Shown: piece by piece, positions 29,197 to 38,441 of the stretch
Layout: each line of letters starts with the position of its first letter
How positions within the stretch are numbered: position 1 is the first letter of the stretch
Notes under the pieces: model-generated
Seen by the model: the letters and a program-made list of their open reading frames with translations, nothing else
What the model was told of the DNA's origin: nothing
Databases searched by the model: none
Made by a program: the position numbers and the translations under genes
Assembly (NCBI GenBank): GCA_965199495.1
Contig: CBDASK010000003.1
Span: 2,272,001-2,336,000, forward strand
Source of the DNA: Abditibacterium sp.
Lineage (GTDB): Bacteria; Armatimonadota; Abditibacteriia; Abditibacteriales; Abditibacteriaceae
Direction of reading: 5' to 3'
DNA: 64,000 nt

Positions 29197-30444
29197 ATGA
29201 AAAATTCGATTCTCTTCTTCGCCGTGGCTGTAACAACGGCCACGGCTTTGCCTCGCGTGGTTCGCGCGCAAGAAACACCCGCCGTGCCGATAACAACGGA
29301 CGCCCAAAGCGGCTACACATTGTTTTTACAGGCGGGCCGATTGTTTCAACCCACGCCAAAAGATTTGAGCATCACAGGCGGACTCGCGCCCGCAGAAAAA
29401 CTGCGGCGCCAACGATTGGGACTCGCCCGCAACACTCCCGCGCTCGCCAAACTGCGCGAAGCATTGGCGGCAAATATCATGATTCCGCTTCCACAAAAGA
29501 ATGATGGAAAGCTCGTCTCCTACTCTCCCAGTTCTTCTGCGGCGAGCGAATTCGCCAATCAACTCGCGCAAGAAGCCGCCGTGCGCGCCGCCGATGGCGA
29601 CGTAATGGGCGCGGCGCAGTCGAGTTTGGATGCGATGCAACTGGGCGCGCAGGTCGGGCACGGGCTGATTATAAACGACTTATTTGAGTCTCAGATTGCG
29701 CCCGTTGGTCGCAAATCGCTGGAAAAAAACGCGTCCGCTCTTGATGCCGCACAAAGTCGCGTTGTCGCGGCGCGATTAGACGAAGTAAGCGCGCAAATGT
29801 CACAACTGCCCGAAATTCTAAACGCGGAAGAAGCGTATCGCATGGCTTCGTTACGTGATATTCAGGCCGAATTGAACGATCCGGCCAAACGCGCCCAGGC
29901 CGAAGCCGAAGCGGCCACAAGCAAAAAGACCGATAAAATTGTCAGTTTGAAGTTCGCCCTACTCGAATTTTCGTCGGCGCAAATCGAGGACGCCTTGCAC
30001 AAATCGTTCGGTGAAAACAGAGCGCGCGCCGCGTTGCCCTACGCCAAAGCTATGAGTATGGGGCCGGTTCGCAGCGATATTCCCTATGTTGGTTATACCA
30101 GCGCGTTGGTGTTTGCTTTTCCGCTTCGCTTCAATCAGGAGCGCGATGTCGTCGCCGACCGCTTGCTCGTCGCCGCGTTGCGCTTGCACGCGAGCAAACT
30201 CGAAAGCGGCGCTTACCCGCAAACTTTCGAGGCCGGAGTTGACCCATTTTCACCCGATTTGGCGCCGTTAATTTACAAACGCGCGGGCGATTCCTACATT
30301 TTATATAGCGTCGGGCCAGACGGCAAAGACGAGGATGGCGCCGAAATTCAAACGCTGACGACTGATTACAGAACCAAAATTAAAAGTGTGACTGACAATT
30401 TGACGCCATTTTCAACCGGCGATATTGTCGCGCCGGTTTTGTAA
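29197..30444 (+). CDS. Secreted helical hypothetical protein (paralog 2)
   Basis: Shares blocks with the upstream gene, including the STGDIVAPVL terminus. Confidence 0.7.
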   Translation: MKNSILFFAVAVTTATALPRVVRAQETPAVPITTDAQSGYTLFLQAGRLFQPTPKDLSITGGLAPAEKLRRQRLGLARNTPALAKLREALAANIMIPLPQKNDGKLVSYSPSSSAASEFANQLAQEAAVRAADGDVMGAAQSSLDAMQLGAQVGHGLIINDLFESQIAPVGRKSLEKNASALDAAQSRVVAARLDEVSAQMSQLPEILNAEEAYRMASLRDIQAELNDPAKRAQAEAEAATSKKTDKIVSLKFALLEFSSAQIEDALHKSFGENRARAALPYAKAMSMGPVRSDIPYVGYTSALVFAFPLRFNQERDVVADRLLVAALRLHASKLESGAYPQTFEAGVDPFSPDLAPLIYKRAGDSYILYSVGPDGKDEDGAEIQTLTTDYRTKIKSVTDNLTPFSTGDIVAPVL

Positions 30445-30479
30445 AGGTTCTCGCGTCCACATACAGCCACGCCGCCGAT

Positions 30480-30992
30480 GTGCGCTTTAAACTGTTTGCG
30501 ATGAAATCATCGAATTGGGCCGAGCAATCCAAAAAATCCGTGCGCATCTTCTGGCCGCATATCGTGCTGGGCCTCATCGGTCTGGCGCTCTCGTTTTACG
30601 CGGTTCACGCGCATTTGCAAATCGAGGCCGGAAAAGCGACCGGTTGCTCCATCAGCGAAACGATTTCGTGCGATGACGTGATCGGTTCCAAATACGGAAA
30701 GTTCGCCGGAATTCCGCTCGGTTATTTCGGCGCGGTGTTTTGGATTATCGTAATTATCTCCGGCATTTCGAGCGCCGCGTCGAATTTACGCAGCGCGCGT
30801 TTGCAAGCCCTCGGCGTGGCTGCTGTCGGGCTGGTGACTTCGATTGGGTTGGCTTACATCGCCGAATTTGTGTTGCACAAAATCTGTCCGATTTGTAGCG
30901 GCACGCATTTGACTGCCCTCGTTAATTTTATTTATGCGGTTTGGGCTTGGGGTAAAATTCCCAAAACAAACCAAAAGACGGCGCCAATTTAA
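30480..30992 (+). CDS. Vitamin K epoxide reductase (VKOR) family protein
   Basis: C-SISETIS-CDDVIGSKYG..GIPLG and CPIC; start 30480 or 30501. Confidence 0.88.
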   Translation: MRFKLFAMKSSNWAEQSKKSVRIFWPHIVLGLIGLALSFYAVHAHLQIEAGKATGCSISETISCDDVIGSKYGKFAGIPLGYFGAVFWIIVIISGISSAASNLRSARLQALGVAAVGLVTSIGLAYIAEFVLHKICPICSGTHLTALVNFIYAVWAWGKIPKTNQKTAPI

Positions 30993-31015
30993 AAGTTGGC
31001 GCCGTCTTTTGGTTT
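30968..31015. terminator. Bidirectional terminator
   Basis: aaaccaaaagacggcgccaa ... ttggcgccgtcttttggttt. Confidence 0.75.
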
Positions 31016-32070
31016 TAATTTTTTGGTGTAGGCAAAAGCAGCTTTTCTATCGCCGCGATAACTTCGGGCGAATTCGCGTCGGTCGAGGGCAAATTGTGCA
31101 GACTCCAGCGCACGGTGTGTGTCCATGACGTGCCGACATGAAAATCTTTGAGCGGCGCCAGAAATTCGAGTTCTTGATAATACATTTCGGGCTTGCCGTT
31201 GATGTAAGTTTCAAGCGGAAAACCGGCGCCGTCTTTTCCGTCGGGATATTCGCCATCGGGCCGCGCCGATTTTTGCAGCCACGCCACGCCATCGCTCACC
31301 GAAGCCAGAGCGGCAATGGGCGTATCGAAACCGATTTTTGGCGTGCTTCCATCGGCGTTTGGCTCGATTTTCATTAAACCGGGGCGCACCAATTCGGCAT
31401 TCGCTACGGTTTTCCCGTCCCAAATATAGGTTCCGTTGGAATAAGTCGAATCTGTGTTGACCGGCGCGAAAACGGCCTGGCCCGGCACGACTTGCGTGAT
31501 GTTCCAGAGGCCCGCCTTGACCGGCGCGCCGCTTTCTTTGCGCGCGGTTTGCTGAATGACGAATTCGCCGTTATCGTCGAAATACATCGTGCGCACAACG
31601 CGAATGCCGGTCGGCGAAAGTGGCGTCGTCAGTTGCAGTTTGCCGCCGGTCAAAACATCGGCTTTTTGCGGCGAGCCATCCAGAGCCACGTCGGGCGGCC
31701 AGTTATCGGCGCCGTGAAATTGTTTCCAACTGCTTTGCGGCGCAAGCCAAGTTTTGTCGCCACCATAATTCTTCCAACCGTTTTTCGCGATTTGCTCCGG
31801 CAGCGCGTTCCAGATCAGATTCGGCCCGCCGATTTTGCCAAAGCTCATAATGCGCCCGATTTCGGGGACAACAATCGCGTCAACCGCGCCGTTGGTCAAT
31901 TTATAAGCGGGACGATTACGATACGTTGTTTTGACGATGACCGCTTCGCATTCGCCGTTGACACATTGGAGCGCACCTTTGCCAAACGGCGAATCATCGT
32001 AGAACGAGGGCGCCGCCGTGGCTGTATGCGCGAGTAGGGCGAGGGCGAGCGGATAAAACAGGGACTTCAT
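31015..32070 (-). CDS. Secreted DUF4380-like (mutarotase-fold) protein
   Basis: Signal peptide; VVPEIGRIMSF, WKNYGGDKTWLAPQ. Confidence 0.6.
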   Translation of the reverse strand: MKSLFYPLALALLAHTATAAPSFYDDSPFGKGALQCVNGECEAVIVKTTYRNRPAYKLTNGAVDAIVVPEIGRIMSFGKIGGPNLIWNALPEQIAKNGWKNYGGDKTWLAPQSSWKQFHGADNWPPDVALDGSPQKADVLTGGKLQLTTPLSPTGIRVVRTMYFDDNGEFVIQQTARKESGAPVKAGLWNITQVVPGQAVFAPVNTDSTYSNGTYIWDGKTVANAELVRPGLMKIEPNADGSTPKIGFDTPIAALASVSDGVAWLQKSARPDGEYPDGKDGAGFPLETYINGKPEMYYQELEFLAPLKDFHVGTSWTHTVRWSLHNLPSTDANSPEVIAAIEKLLLPTPKN

Positions 32071-32332
32071 TGTTGTTTTGGACGAATGGGGACGCGAGAA
32101 GTCGCGTTTTGGGCGCATTGGGACGGGGATTCCCAAAAGTAGGAACAGTTCAAGCTGTCAGGAATTTCATTGCCTGAAATTCCTCCTCTGCTCTCTGTCA
32201 CTATTCGACCTCACGCTTTCACTGAAGTAACGATTACTAATATCTCAAATAATTCTTCTAAAAACTCCGCTTATTTTCTTGCGTTGCTGATAAGTTTAAA
32301 CCTTAAACTTACATTTTTTGTCGAAAATAGAT

Positions 32333-32361
32333 TTGTCACGTCGCTAAATTTGCGATAGAAT
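32333..32361 (+). promoter_or_regulatory. Sigma70-type promoter of the dcw/mra operon
   Basis: TTGTCA-N17-TAGAAT. Confidence 0.65.
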
Positions 32362-32370
32362 ACCCGCAGA

Positions 32371-32405
32371 GGACGTAAAAGGACGCGAAATGACACAAAA
32401 GGACG
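32371..32405 (+). promoter_or_regulatory. Candidate MraZ operator (10-bp-period GGACG repeats)
   Basis: GGACG at 32371, 32381, 32401 and TGACA at 32391. Confidence 0.55.
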
Positions 32406-32537
32406 GATTTAGGAATCGCCTTGGAAAGCCAGATTTTCTAACCCGCCGATTAACTCGTTTTGCTTGCTTATACCGAACCTCCAAAAATCTGCTGTTAATG
32501 CAAGGCGAGAGTTTACCCGCCATGTTCGAGAACATCC

Positions 32538-33203
32538 ATGCCCCGCGCTTCTGCCCAAAGCGAGGAAACCTTCTCTTCCGCGCCGGAAATCGGTGTGCCC
32601 GTGATGACGGGCACGCATTTTCATGCGCTTGACGACAAGGGGCGTGTCATCGTGCCCGCCAAACTGCGTCCCGGTCTGACCGAACGTTTTTGGATGATGC
32701 TCGATGAGAACGACAACATAGCGATGTATGATCATCAGACTGGACGCGACGTTCTCGAATTTTGCGAACAGCAGATGGCTCAAAACCCCGGCGATGATGT
32801 GATCGCATCCGCGATCAAACGCATTACCGGAGCCGCCGAGTTAATAGTGATGGAAGGCGATTCGTGGAGAGTTCAGGTTCCTGAAATTCTTCGCATTTAC
32901 GCCAGCATCGAGAAAGAAGTCGTAACAATTGGTGTGCTCAACAAAGCCGAAATGTGGAGCCGGGAAATGTGGTTGGAGAATCAGAAAAATTCGGATTCTC
33001 CAGAAGTGCGTAAGGCGCAGGCCAAGATGCTGCGCGCGGCGGCGAGTCAAATCAGAAAGACGAGCCTACCGCAAATCGAAGAAACGACAGAAGTCAAGGA
33101 AGTGGCAGCCAATGGAACAACAGGAACTTCAGGGCAAAATTCACCCGCCAGCGATGGTGGAGGAAGTTCTCGAATTCTTAAATTGTCGCAACTTGGCCGA
33201 TGA
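32538..33203 (+). CDS. mraZ: Divergent MraZ with C-terminal extension
   Basis: MTGTHFHALDDKGRVIVPAKLR, RVQVPEILR..IEKEVVTIGV..EMW; first gene before rsmH. Confidence 0.85.
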   Translation: MPRASAQSEETFSSAPEIGVPVMTGTHFHALDDKGRVIVPAKLRPGLTERFWMMLDENDNIAMYDHQTGRDVLEFCEQQMAQNPGDDVIASAIKRITGAAELIVMEGDSWRVQVPEILRIYASIEKEVVTIGVLNKAEMWSREMWLENQKNSDSPEVRKAQAKMLRAAASQIRKTSLPQIEETTEVKEVAANGTTGTSGQNSPASDGGGSSRILKLSQLGR

Positions 33204-34353
33204 AAGCTCGAACCTTTACAAGCCGGATGCGGTTTTCATTGATGGCACGCTCGGCACTGCCGGGCATACCATCGAAATTCTGAAAGCCCATCCAACGTGC
33301 CGCGTTATCGGTTTCGACCGCGACGCGGACTCGCAAAAAATCGCGCTCATGCGAATTCGGGAAGCCGGATTTGAAGGGCGCGTAACGACGGTGTTGGGCG
33401 ATTTTCGTCACGCGCCGACGTTGTTACAACCGTTCTTTGACAACTTGAAGGTCGGCGCCGATGGGCGTCCGATTTCGCGTATTGATGGCGCACTGGTTGA
33501 TGCGGGCATGAGCCTGTATCAAGTCAGTTGGGCGCAGCGGGGTCTTTCTTTTGGGAAAGATGGCCCGCTCGATATGCGATATGATCGGACACAAGGCCCA
33601 ACGGCAGCCGACCTGGTGAACCGACTTCCCCAGAACGAGTTGGAAGATTTACTTTTCCAGCTCGCCGACGAGAGATGGGCACGCCGCATCGCAGAATTCA
33701 TCGCAGCCCACCGCCAAACTTCACCCATTGAAACCACGTCTCAACTGGCCAAAATTGTCGAAAGCGCGATCCCCGCTGGAGTTCGCCATCAATCGAAAGT
33801 GCATCCTTCAACTAAAACTTTCGCCGCCTTACGGCTTGCCGTAAACGACGAGTTTTGGGCACTCGATGATGGTTCTATTGCTCTTTGCCGTGTTTTGTCG
33901 CCCAACGCAAGGCTGGTCGTTTTGACTTACAGCAGCAACGAAGACCGCACCATTAAACGCACCTTTCGCCGACTGGCGGGGCGCGCGCAGGAAAACGCAA
34001 GTGATTCTGTGCGCTCAGCCCGCCCTCGAAATCGCGACAAGTCTCGGCCCACGAGACCCAAAAACGATTCGAGCGCGGCGCGCTCATCTCTCGCCTCACT
34101 TTTCCCTACTGAGGAAAACTCTACCAAAAATCCGGGAGTTCTGCCATTTAATTGGACGGGAAACTCGGAGAAAAATGGAAGTTCGGTTCACCCGCACGCG
34201 GGAAACGGCGAATCTGCTTCAGATTTCGCAGAAAATTTTCCACAGATGAAGATTATCACGCCCAAACCCGTTGTGCCAACTCCGCAGGAGATCGAACTCA
34301 ATCCGCTCTCGCGTTCGTGCAAGTTACGCGCGCTGGAGAAGCAGGAAAATTGA
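33112..34353 (+). CDS. rsmH: 16S rRNA m4C methyltransferase RsmH (divergent, with insertion)
   Basis: DGTLGTAGHT, GPLDMRYD, HPSTKTFAALRLAVNDE, NPLSRSCKLR. Confidence 0.88.
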   Translation: MEQQELQGKIHPPAMVEEVLEFLNCRNLADESSNLYKPDAVFIDGTLGTAGHTIEILKAHPTCRVIGFDRDADSQKIALMRIREAGFEGRVTTVLGDFRHAPTLLQPFFDNLKVGADGRPISRIDGALVDAGMSLYQVSWAQRGLSFGKDGPLDMRYDRTQGPTAADLVNRLPQNELEDLLFQLADERWARRIAEFIAAHRQTSPIETTSQLAKIVESAIPAGVRHQSKVHPSTKTFAALRLAVNDEFWALDDGSIALCRVLSPNARLVVLTYSSNEDRTIKRTFRRLAGRAQENASDSVRSARPRNRDKSRPTRPKNDSSAARSSLASLFPTEENSTKNPGVLPFNWTGNSEKNGSSVHPHAGNGESASDFAENFPQMKIITPKPVVPTPQEIELNPLSRSCKLRALEKQEN

Positions 34354-34454
34354 GGGAGTTCCCTGCGGAGTTTGTGGCGAATAAAGTTGTCCCTTGCCAA
34401 TCGTCGCACCCCGTCGCCCATGAAGCGACATTCATACCAATAGAGGCCCTACCA

Positions 34455-35015
34455 ATGCCCGCAACCGCCACACGCCACCGCGAGAACACCGCCGAAACTC
34501 GCAATGGCTTCAACCCTCACGGCCCGTCTTACTCCACCCATGAAGTCCCCACTGACTCCGTGGAATTTTCGCGCGTCTCAACAGCGCCCACCGAGACCGT
34601 CGAAGACCATGTCGAGTGGAAAGAGGTCGCGCCCCTCGTTGACCGTTTTACCAACACTGTGCCCGAAGCCGAGCGTCGGCGCCGCCGTGGCTTGCGCAAG
34701 CGCCATCGCATTTTTGTGATGTCGGGCGTGTTCTGGGTCGGCGTCTTGTTTGGCATCGAGTTGGTCGGATTGGTATTTATTTACTCGCTCGATTTGACGG
34801 CGGTGCGCGCGGCGGCGACTTTGGACAAAGATATTCAGAAAACCTCGCTCGACATCGCCCTTGCGCAAAACCAATTGGCAGCCAGCAACAGCCCCGCCAA
34901 ATTAGACGGTTGGGCCGGGCAGTTGGGCTATCATAAGGCGCAACTCAACGACATGGACGACGTGACCAGTTCGGCGCCCCTACCAGCAGCCACGCCCAAA
35001 GATTCCACGCAATAA
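34455..35015 (+). CDS. FtsL-like bitopic membrane protein
   Basis: Position between rsmH and PBP; one TM followed by short coiled coil and 'AGQLGY'. Confidence 0.55.
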   Translation: MPATATRHRENTAETRNGFNPHGPSYSTHEVPTDSVEFSRVSTAPTETVEDHVEWKEVAPLVDRFTNTVPEAERRRRRGLRKRHRIFVMSGVFWVGVLFGIELVGLVFIYSLDLTAVRAAATLDKDIQKTSLDIALAQNQLAASNSPAKLDGWAGQLGYHKAQLNDMDDVTSSAPLPAATPKDSTQ

Positions 35016-35106
35016 AGTTCTGTTTTTCCGACGGGGATTGTGAGGAGGGCCAGCTTTTTGGCTCTCCTCACAGTTCGTTTTAACCCGTTAAAATTTTCTA
35101 AATCTC

Positions 35107-36960
35107 GTGATTCCCCACAAATTTCCTCGTTCCACTTCGCGCAAACGCATTGAGAAAGCGTTTTATGTCGTTGGCGGCGCCTTTGTGCTGCTGGCGGGCA
35201 AAGTGTTGTGGATGCAATCCTTTCCCAACGCCTCGGCGACAGCGCTGACTGACAAAACTTTCACGCGTGCGGAAATTTTGCCTGCGCGACGCGGCCAAAT
35301 TCTGGGCGCTGACGGCACGGCGATGGCCGTCACCATTGACGAATATACCATTTCGGCCAATCCGCGCGCCTATTCCGTTGCCGATAAAGATAAACTTGCG
35401 CGCGTTTTATCCGATACCGTTGGCGGAAATTTGGAAGAATATCGCGCCGAATTAAATAAAACCGAACGCGCTAACGGCGTCGCCAATCATTATGTGCGGT
35501 TGGCGCGTCATGTGGACGAAAACAAAGCGCAAAAACTGCAAAAATTAATGGGGCCGCAACCCAAAGAAACGCGCAAAGATCGCACCGCGCGCAAAGAATT
35601 TTGGGCCAACGTGCAGCTCGAAGCCTCGCCTCGCCGCCACTATCCGATGGGCCAATTCGCGCCGCAGTTGGTCGGTTTCACTACGAACACCGGCATCGGC
35701 GTGGACGGTATGGAAAAGGCGTGGGAAGAAACTTTGGACGGCGCGCCCGGCGCGCGTGAATCGCTGGTGGACGCGCAGGGCCGCGCCGTGCCCGGCACCG
35801 TCACAACGTGGAAAGAACCTGTTGACGGCGAAAGTATCGTCACCACGATTGACCCGAAAATTCAGGCCGCCGCCGATGCGACGATGACGCATATTTTCGA
35901 GAAATATAAGCCGAATTTCTGCGTCGCCGTCGTGATGAAGCCGACAACCGGCGAAATTGTCGCCGTTTCGACGGCGCCCGGTTACGACCCCAATAATCGT
36001 CCGGCGAATATGGTGGATTTGGCGACCAATCGCGCGTTTTCTTATGCTTACGAACCGGGTTCGACGTGGAAAATTATCACGGCTTCGGCGGCGGTCGAAA
36101 ACATTCCCGATTGGCAGCACAAACAGTTTTTCATCAACGGCGTGACGCAGGCGGGCAAATACACGATTCACGATTGGCAGTTTTGGTCGGGCCGCGTCAA
36201 ACCCGAAATGAAGGGTTTGAGCGAAGGCATCCGCGACAGCTCGAACGTAACGATGTATGATTTCGCCAAGCTGATGCCGCGCCACGTTTTGAAAGATTAC
36301 GCGCGCAAATTCGGCATCGGCGACAAAGAAGATTTGCCCGGTTTCAACGTGGCTCCGGGTTATCTGGCGCGCAGCGATCCGAAAACGTGGAGCGCGGCGC
36401 AATACGCCAACTTCTCGTTTGGTCAGGGCATGATGATCACGCCGCTTCAACTGGCGCAAATCGGCAGCGTCGTGGCTAACGATGGCGTGATGATGAAGCC
36501 GATGCTCATCAAAGAAGTCCGCGACGCGCGCGGCAAAACGCTCAAAAATTATCAACCCAAAGAGTTGCGCCGAGTGATTAAACCCGAAACCGCCAACGAA
36601 GTCAAGAAAATGATGCGCCGCGTGGTTTACGAAGGCTCGGCGCGCCGCTCAGTGTTCGTGCCCGGTTACGCGTCGGTCGGCAAAACCGGTTCGGCGCAAA
36701 AGGCTATCGGCAAAAAAGGTTACAGCGCGGGCAAATTCATCTCGTCATTCGTCGGGTTTTTGCCGATGGACAAGCCCAAATACGTCATCGCCGTTATGGC
36801 CGACGAGCCGCACGGTAGCCACTGGGGCAGCGAAGTTTGCGGCCCGGCGTTCACCGACATCGCCAAAGAAGCGATGTTGGCCATGCGCTTGGAAGAAGGC
36901 GCCGACGCGCCCAAACCCGATCCAAATTTGATGGAGCCGCCGACGGGCAAACCAAAATAG
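35107..36960 (+). CDS. ftsI: Class B penicillin-binding protein (FtsI/SpoVD-like)
   Basis: PARRGQI, YEPGSTWK (SxxK), SSN, GKTGSAQ. Confidence 0.88.
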   Translation: MIPHKFPRSTSRKRIEKAFYVVGGAFVLLAGKVLWMQSFPNASATALTDKTFTRAEILPARRGQILGADGTAMAVTIDEYTISANPRAYSVADKDKLARVLSDTVGGNLEEYRAELNKTERANGVANHYVRLARHVDENKAQKLQKLMGPQPKETRKDRTARKEFWANVQLEASPRRHYPMGQFAPQLVGFTTNTGIGVDGMEKAWEETLDGAPGARESLVDAQGRAVPGTVTTWKEPVDGESIVTTIDPKIQAAADATMTHIFEKYKPNFCVAVVMKPTTGEIVAVSTAPGYDPNNRPANMVDLATNRAFSYAYEPGSTWKIITASAAVENIPDWQHKQFFINGVTQAGKYTIHDWQFWSGRVKPEMKGLSEGIRDSSNVTMYDFAKLMPRHVLKDYARKFGIGDKEDLPGFNVAPGYLARSDPKTWSAAQYANFSFGQGMMITPLQLAQIGSVVANDGVMMKPMLIKEVRDARGKTLKNYQPKELRRVIKPETANEVKKMMRRVVYEGSARRSVFVPGYASVGKTGSAQKAIGKKGYSAGKFISSFVGFLPMDKPKYVIAVMADEPHGSHWGSEVCGPAFTDIAKEAMLAMRLEEGADAPKPDPNLMEPPTGKPK

Positions 36961-36998
36961 AAAAAAGGCGCGCGAACTTTGGTTCGCGCGCCTTTTTT
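36961..36998. terminator. Terminator directly after ftsI
   Basis: aaaaaaggcgcgcgaac-tttg-gttcgcgcgcctttttt. Confidence 0.8.
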
Positions 36999-37002
36999 GT
37001 TT

Positions 37003-37278
37003 TTATTCTTGTGGCTTAAATTCTGTCTCCCAGCGAACGCCTTTTGCTCGAATTTCGACGATTGGAATTGATTTGCCCCAAGTTCGTGGCTGTGTTGTCT
37101 CGTCACATTGCCCAATAACATACTTGCGTCCGCAAGTTCGCCATGACACACAAGGCGCTCGATTCGGCGTTTCATTCCACGGAATTTGAGCGCGACGCCG
37201 AATTTCTGCCAAAGCGAGTTCAAACGTTTCGTATTCTCCCGCTATTTCTGCGTGTAAATGATCTTCAATCGTAAACAT
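37003..37278 (-). CDS. Small hypothetical protein
   Basis: 91-aa ORF co-oriented with the RCC1 gene; PW..PN.APC.SW.TCGR pattern. Confidence 0.6.
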   Translation of the reverse strand: MFTIEDHLHAEIAGEYETFELALAEIRRRAQIPWNETPNRAPCVSWRTCGRKYVIGQCDETTQPRTWGKSIPIVEIRAKGVRWETEFKPQE

Positions 37279-37283
37279 AATAT

Positions 37284-38390
37284 TTAATTAACTTCGATTT
37301 CAACTGGCGCTTTCACGACTTCATCCGTTCCGCCGCCCAACTGCAACGTCGAATTGTTGCCCCAACCCCAAATTTTGTCGCCAGCAATCGCCAAACTGTG
37401 CCAGTTGCCCGCGCTGATTTGCGTGGCGCCACTTAAATTTTTCACTACGACCGGCGTTTTGCGCGTCTCGGTTGAATCGTCGCCCAATTGCGCCGTTCCG
37501 TTGTTGCCCCACGCCCAAACCGTTCCATCTGCCAAAAGCGCGAGGCAATGCCAGTTGCCCGCCGCGATTTGCGTCGCGCCGCTCAACTCAACTTTTTGCG
37601 GCGCGCTGACAATTTGCGGCCCTTCGCCGACCGCGCTCGTCATGTTGCCGCCCCAAGCCCAAACGCTGCCATCGGCGCGCAAAGCCACGCTGTGACTCCA
37701 GCCCGCCGCCACGGTTTTGGCATCGCTAAAACCAGCAATCGGCGACGGGATGGAACTGTCTTCGAGCGTGCCTTGGCCCAATTGGCCGTCGCTGTTTTTG
37801 CCCCAACTCCACACTTTTCCATCGCTCGTCACGGCCAGCGCGTGATACGCGCCCGCCGCCAATGTCGTCACGCTTTTTAAGTTCGGGATCGCGCGCGGTT
37901 TCGCGTTATCGTCGGTTGTTCCATCGCCCAGTTGGCCGTAATTGTTTTCGCCCCAACTCCACACGCCGCCATCTTTGCGCCGCGCCAGCGCGAATCCGGC
38001 GCCCGCCGCCATATCGGTAATGTCGGATAAACCGACGATTTTCGCCGGTTTATCGCGATTTTGGCGCGTGCCATCGCCCAATTGGCCGTTAGAATTATCG
38101 CCCCAACTCCATAGAGCGCCACTTTTATCGAGCGCCAGCGAGTAGCCACGGCCACTGGCGACGGCTTTGATATTCGCTAAACCGGCGATAACGGCGGGCG
38201 AATTATGTTTTTCGGTGCGCGGCCCGATGGCGCTTTTGACGCCGTTGCCCCAACCCCAGACGTTGCCATTCGCGTCAACGGCGAGGGATTGCAAATCGCC
38301 GCCAGCCAGCACTCCGGCGGCGTGGCTGCATGGCATCAGATAAAATAGAAAGGTCAAAGAAAACGCGCAAATGCGCAACAGTTGAAGCAT
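37284..38390 (-). CDS. Secreted RCC1/BLIP-II beta-propeller protein
   Basis: Repeated AG..HSLAL..DG.VW.WG.N..GQLGDG units; start uncertain. Confidence 0.88.
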   Translation of the reverse strand: MLQLLRICAFSLTFLFYLMPCSHAAGVLAGGDLQSLAVDANGNVWGWGNGVKSAIGPRTEKHNSPAVIAGLANIKAVASGRGYSLALDKSGALWSWGDNSNGQLGDGTRQNRDKPAKIVGLSDITDMAAGAGFALARRKDGGVWSWGENNYGQLGDGTTDDNAKPRAIPNLKSVTTLAAGAYHALAVTSDGKVWSWGKNSDGQLGQGTLEDSSIPSPIAGFSDAKTVAAGWSHSVALRADGSVWAWGGNMTSAVGEGPQIVSAPQKVELSGATQIAAGNWHCLALLADGTVWAWGNNGTAQLGDDSTETRKTPVVVKNLSGATQISAGNWHSLAIAGDKIWGWGNNSTLQLGGGTDEVVKAPVEIEVN

Positions 38391-38441
38391 GAGTTGGTCG
38401 AATTAGACCGCGCGAACTCAGTGTCGTTGCCCACCAAAATT

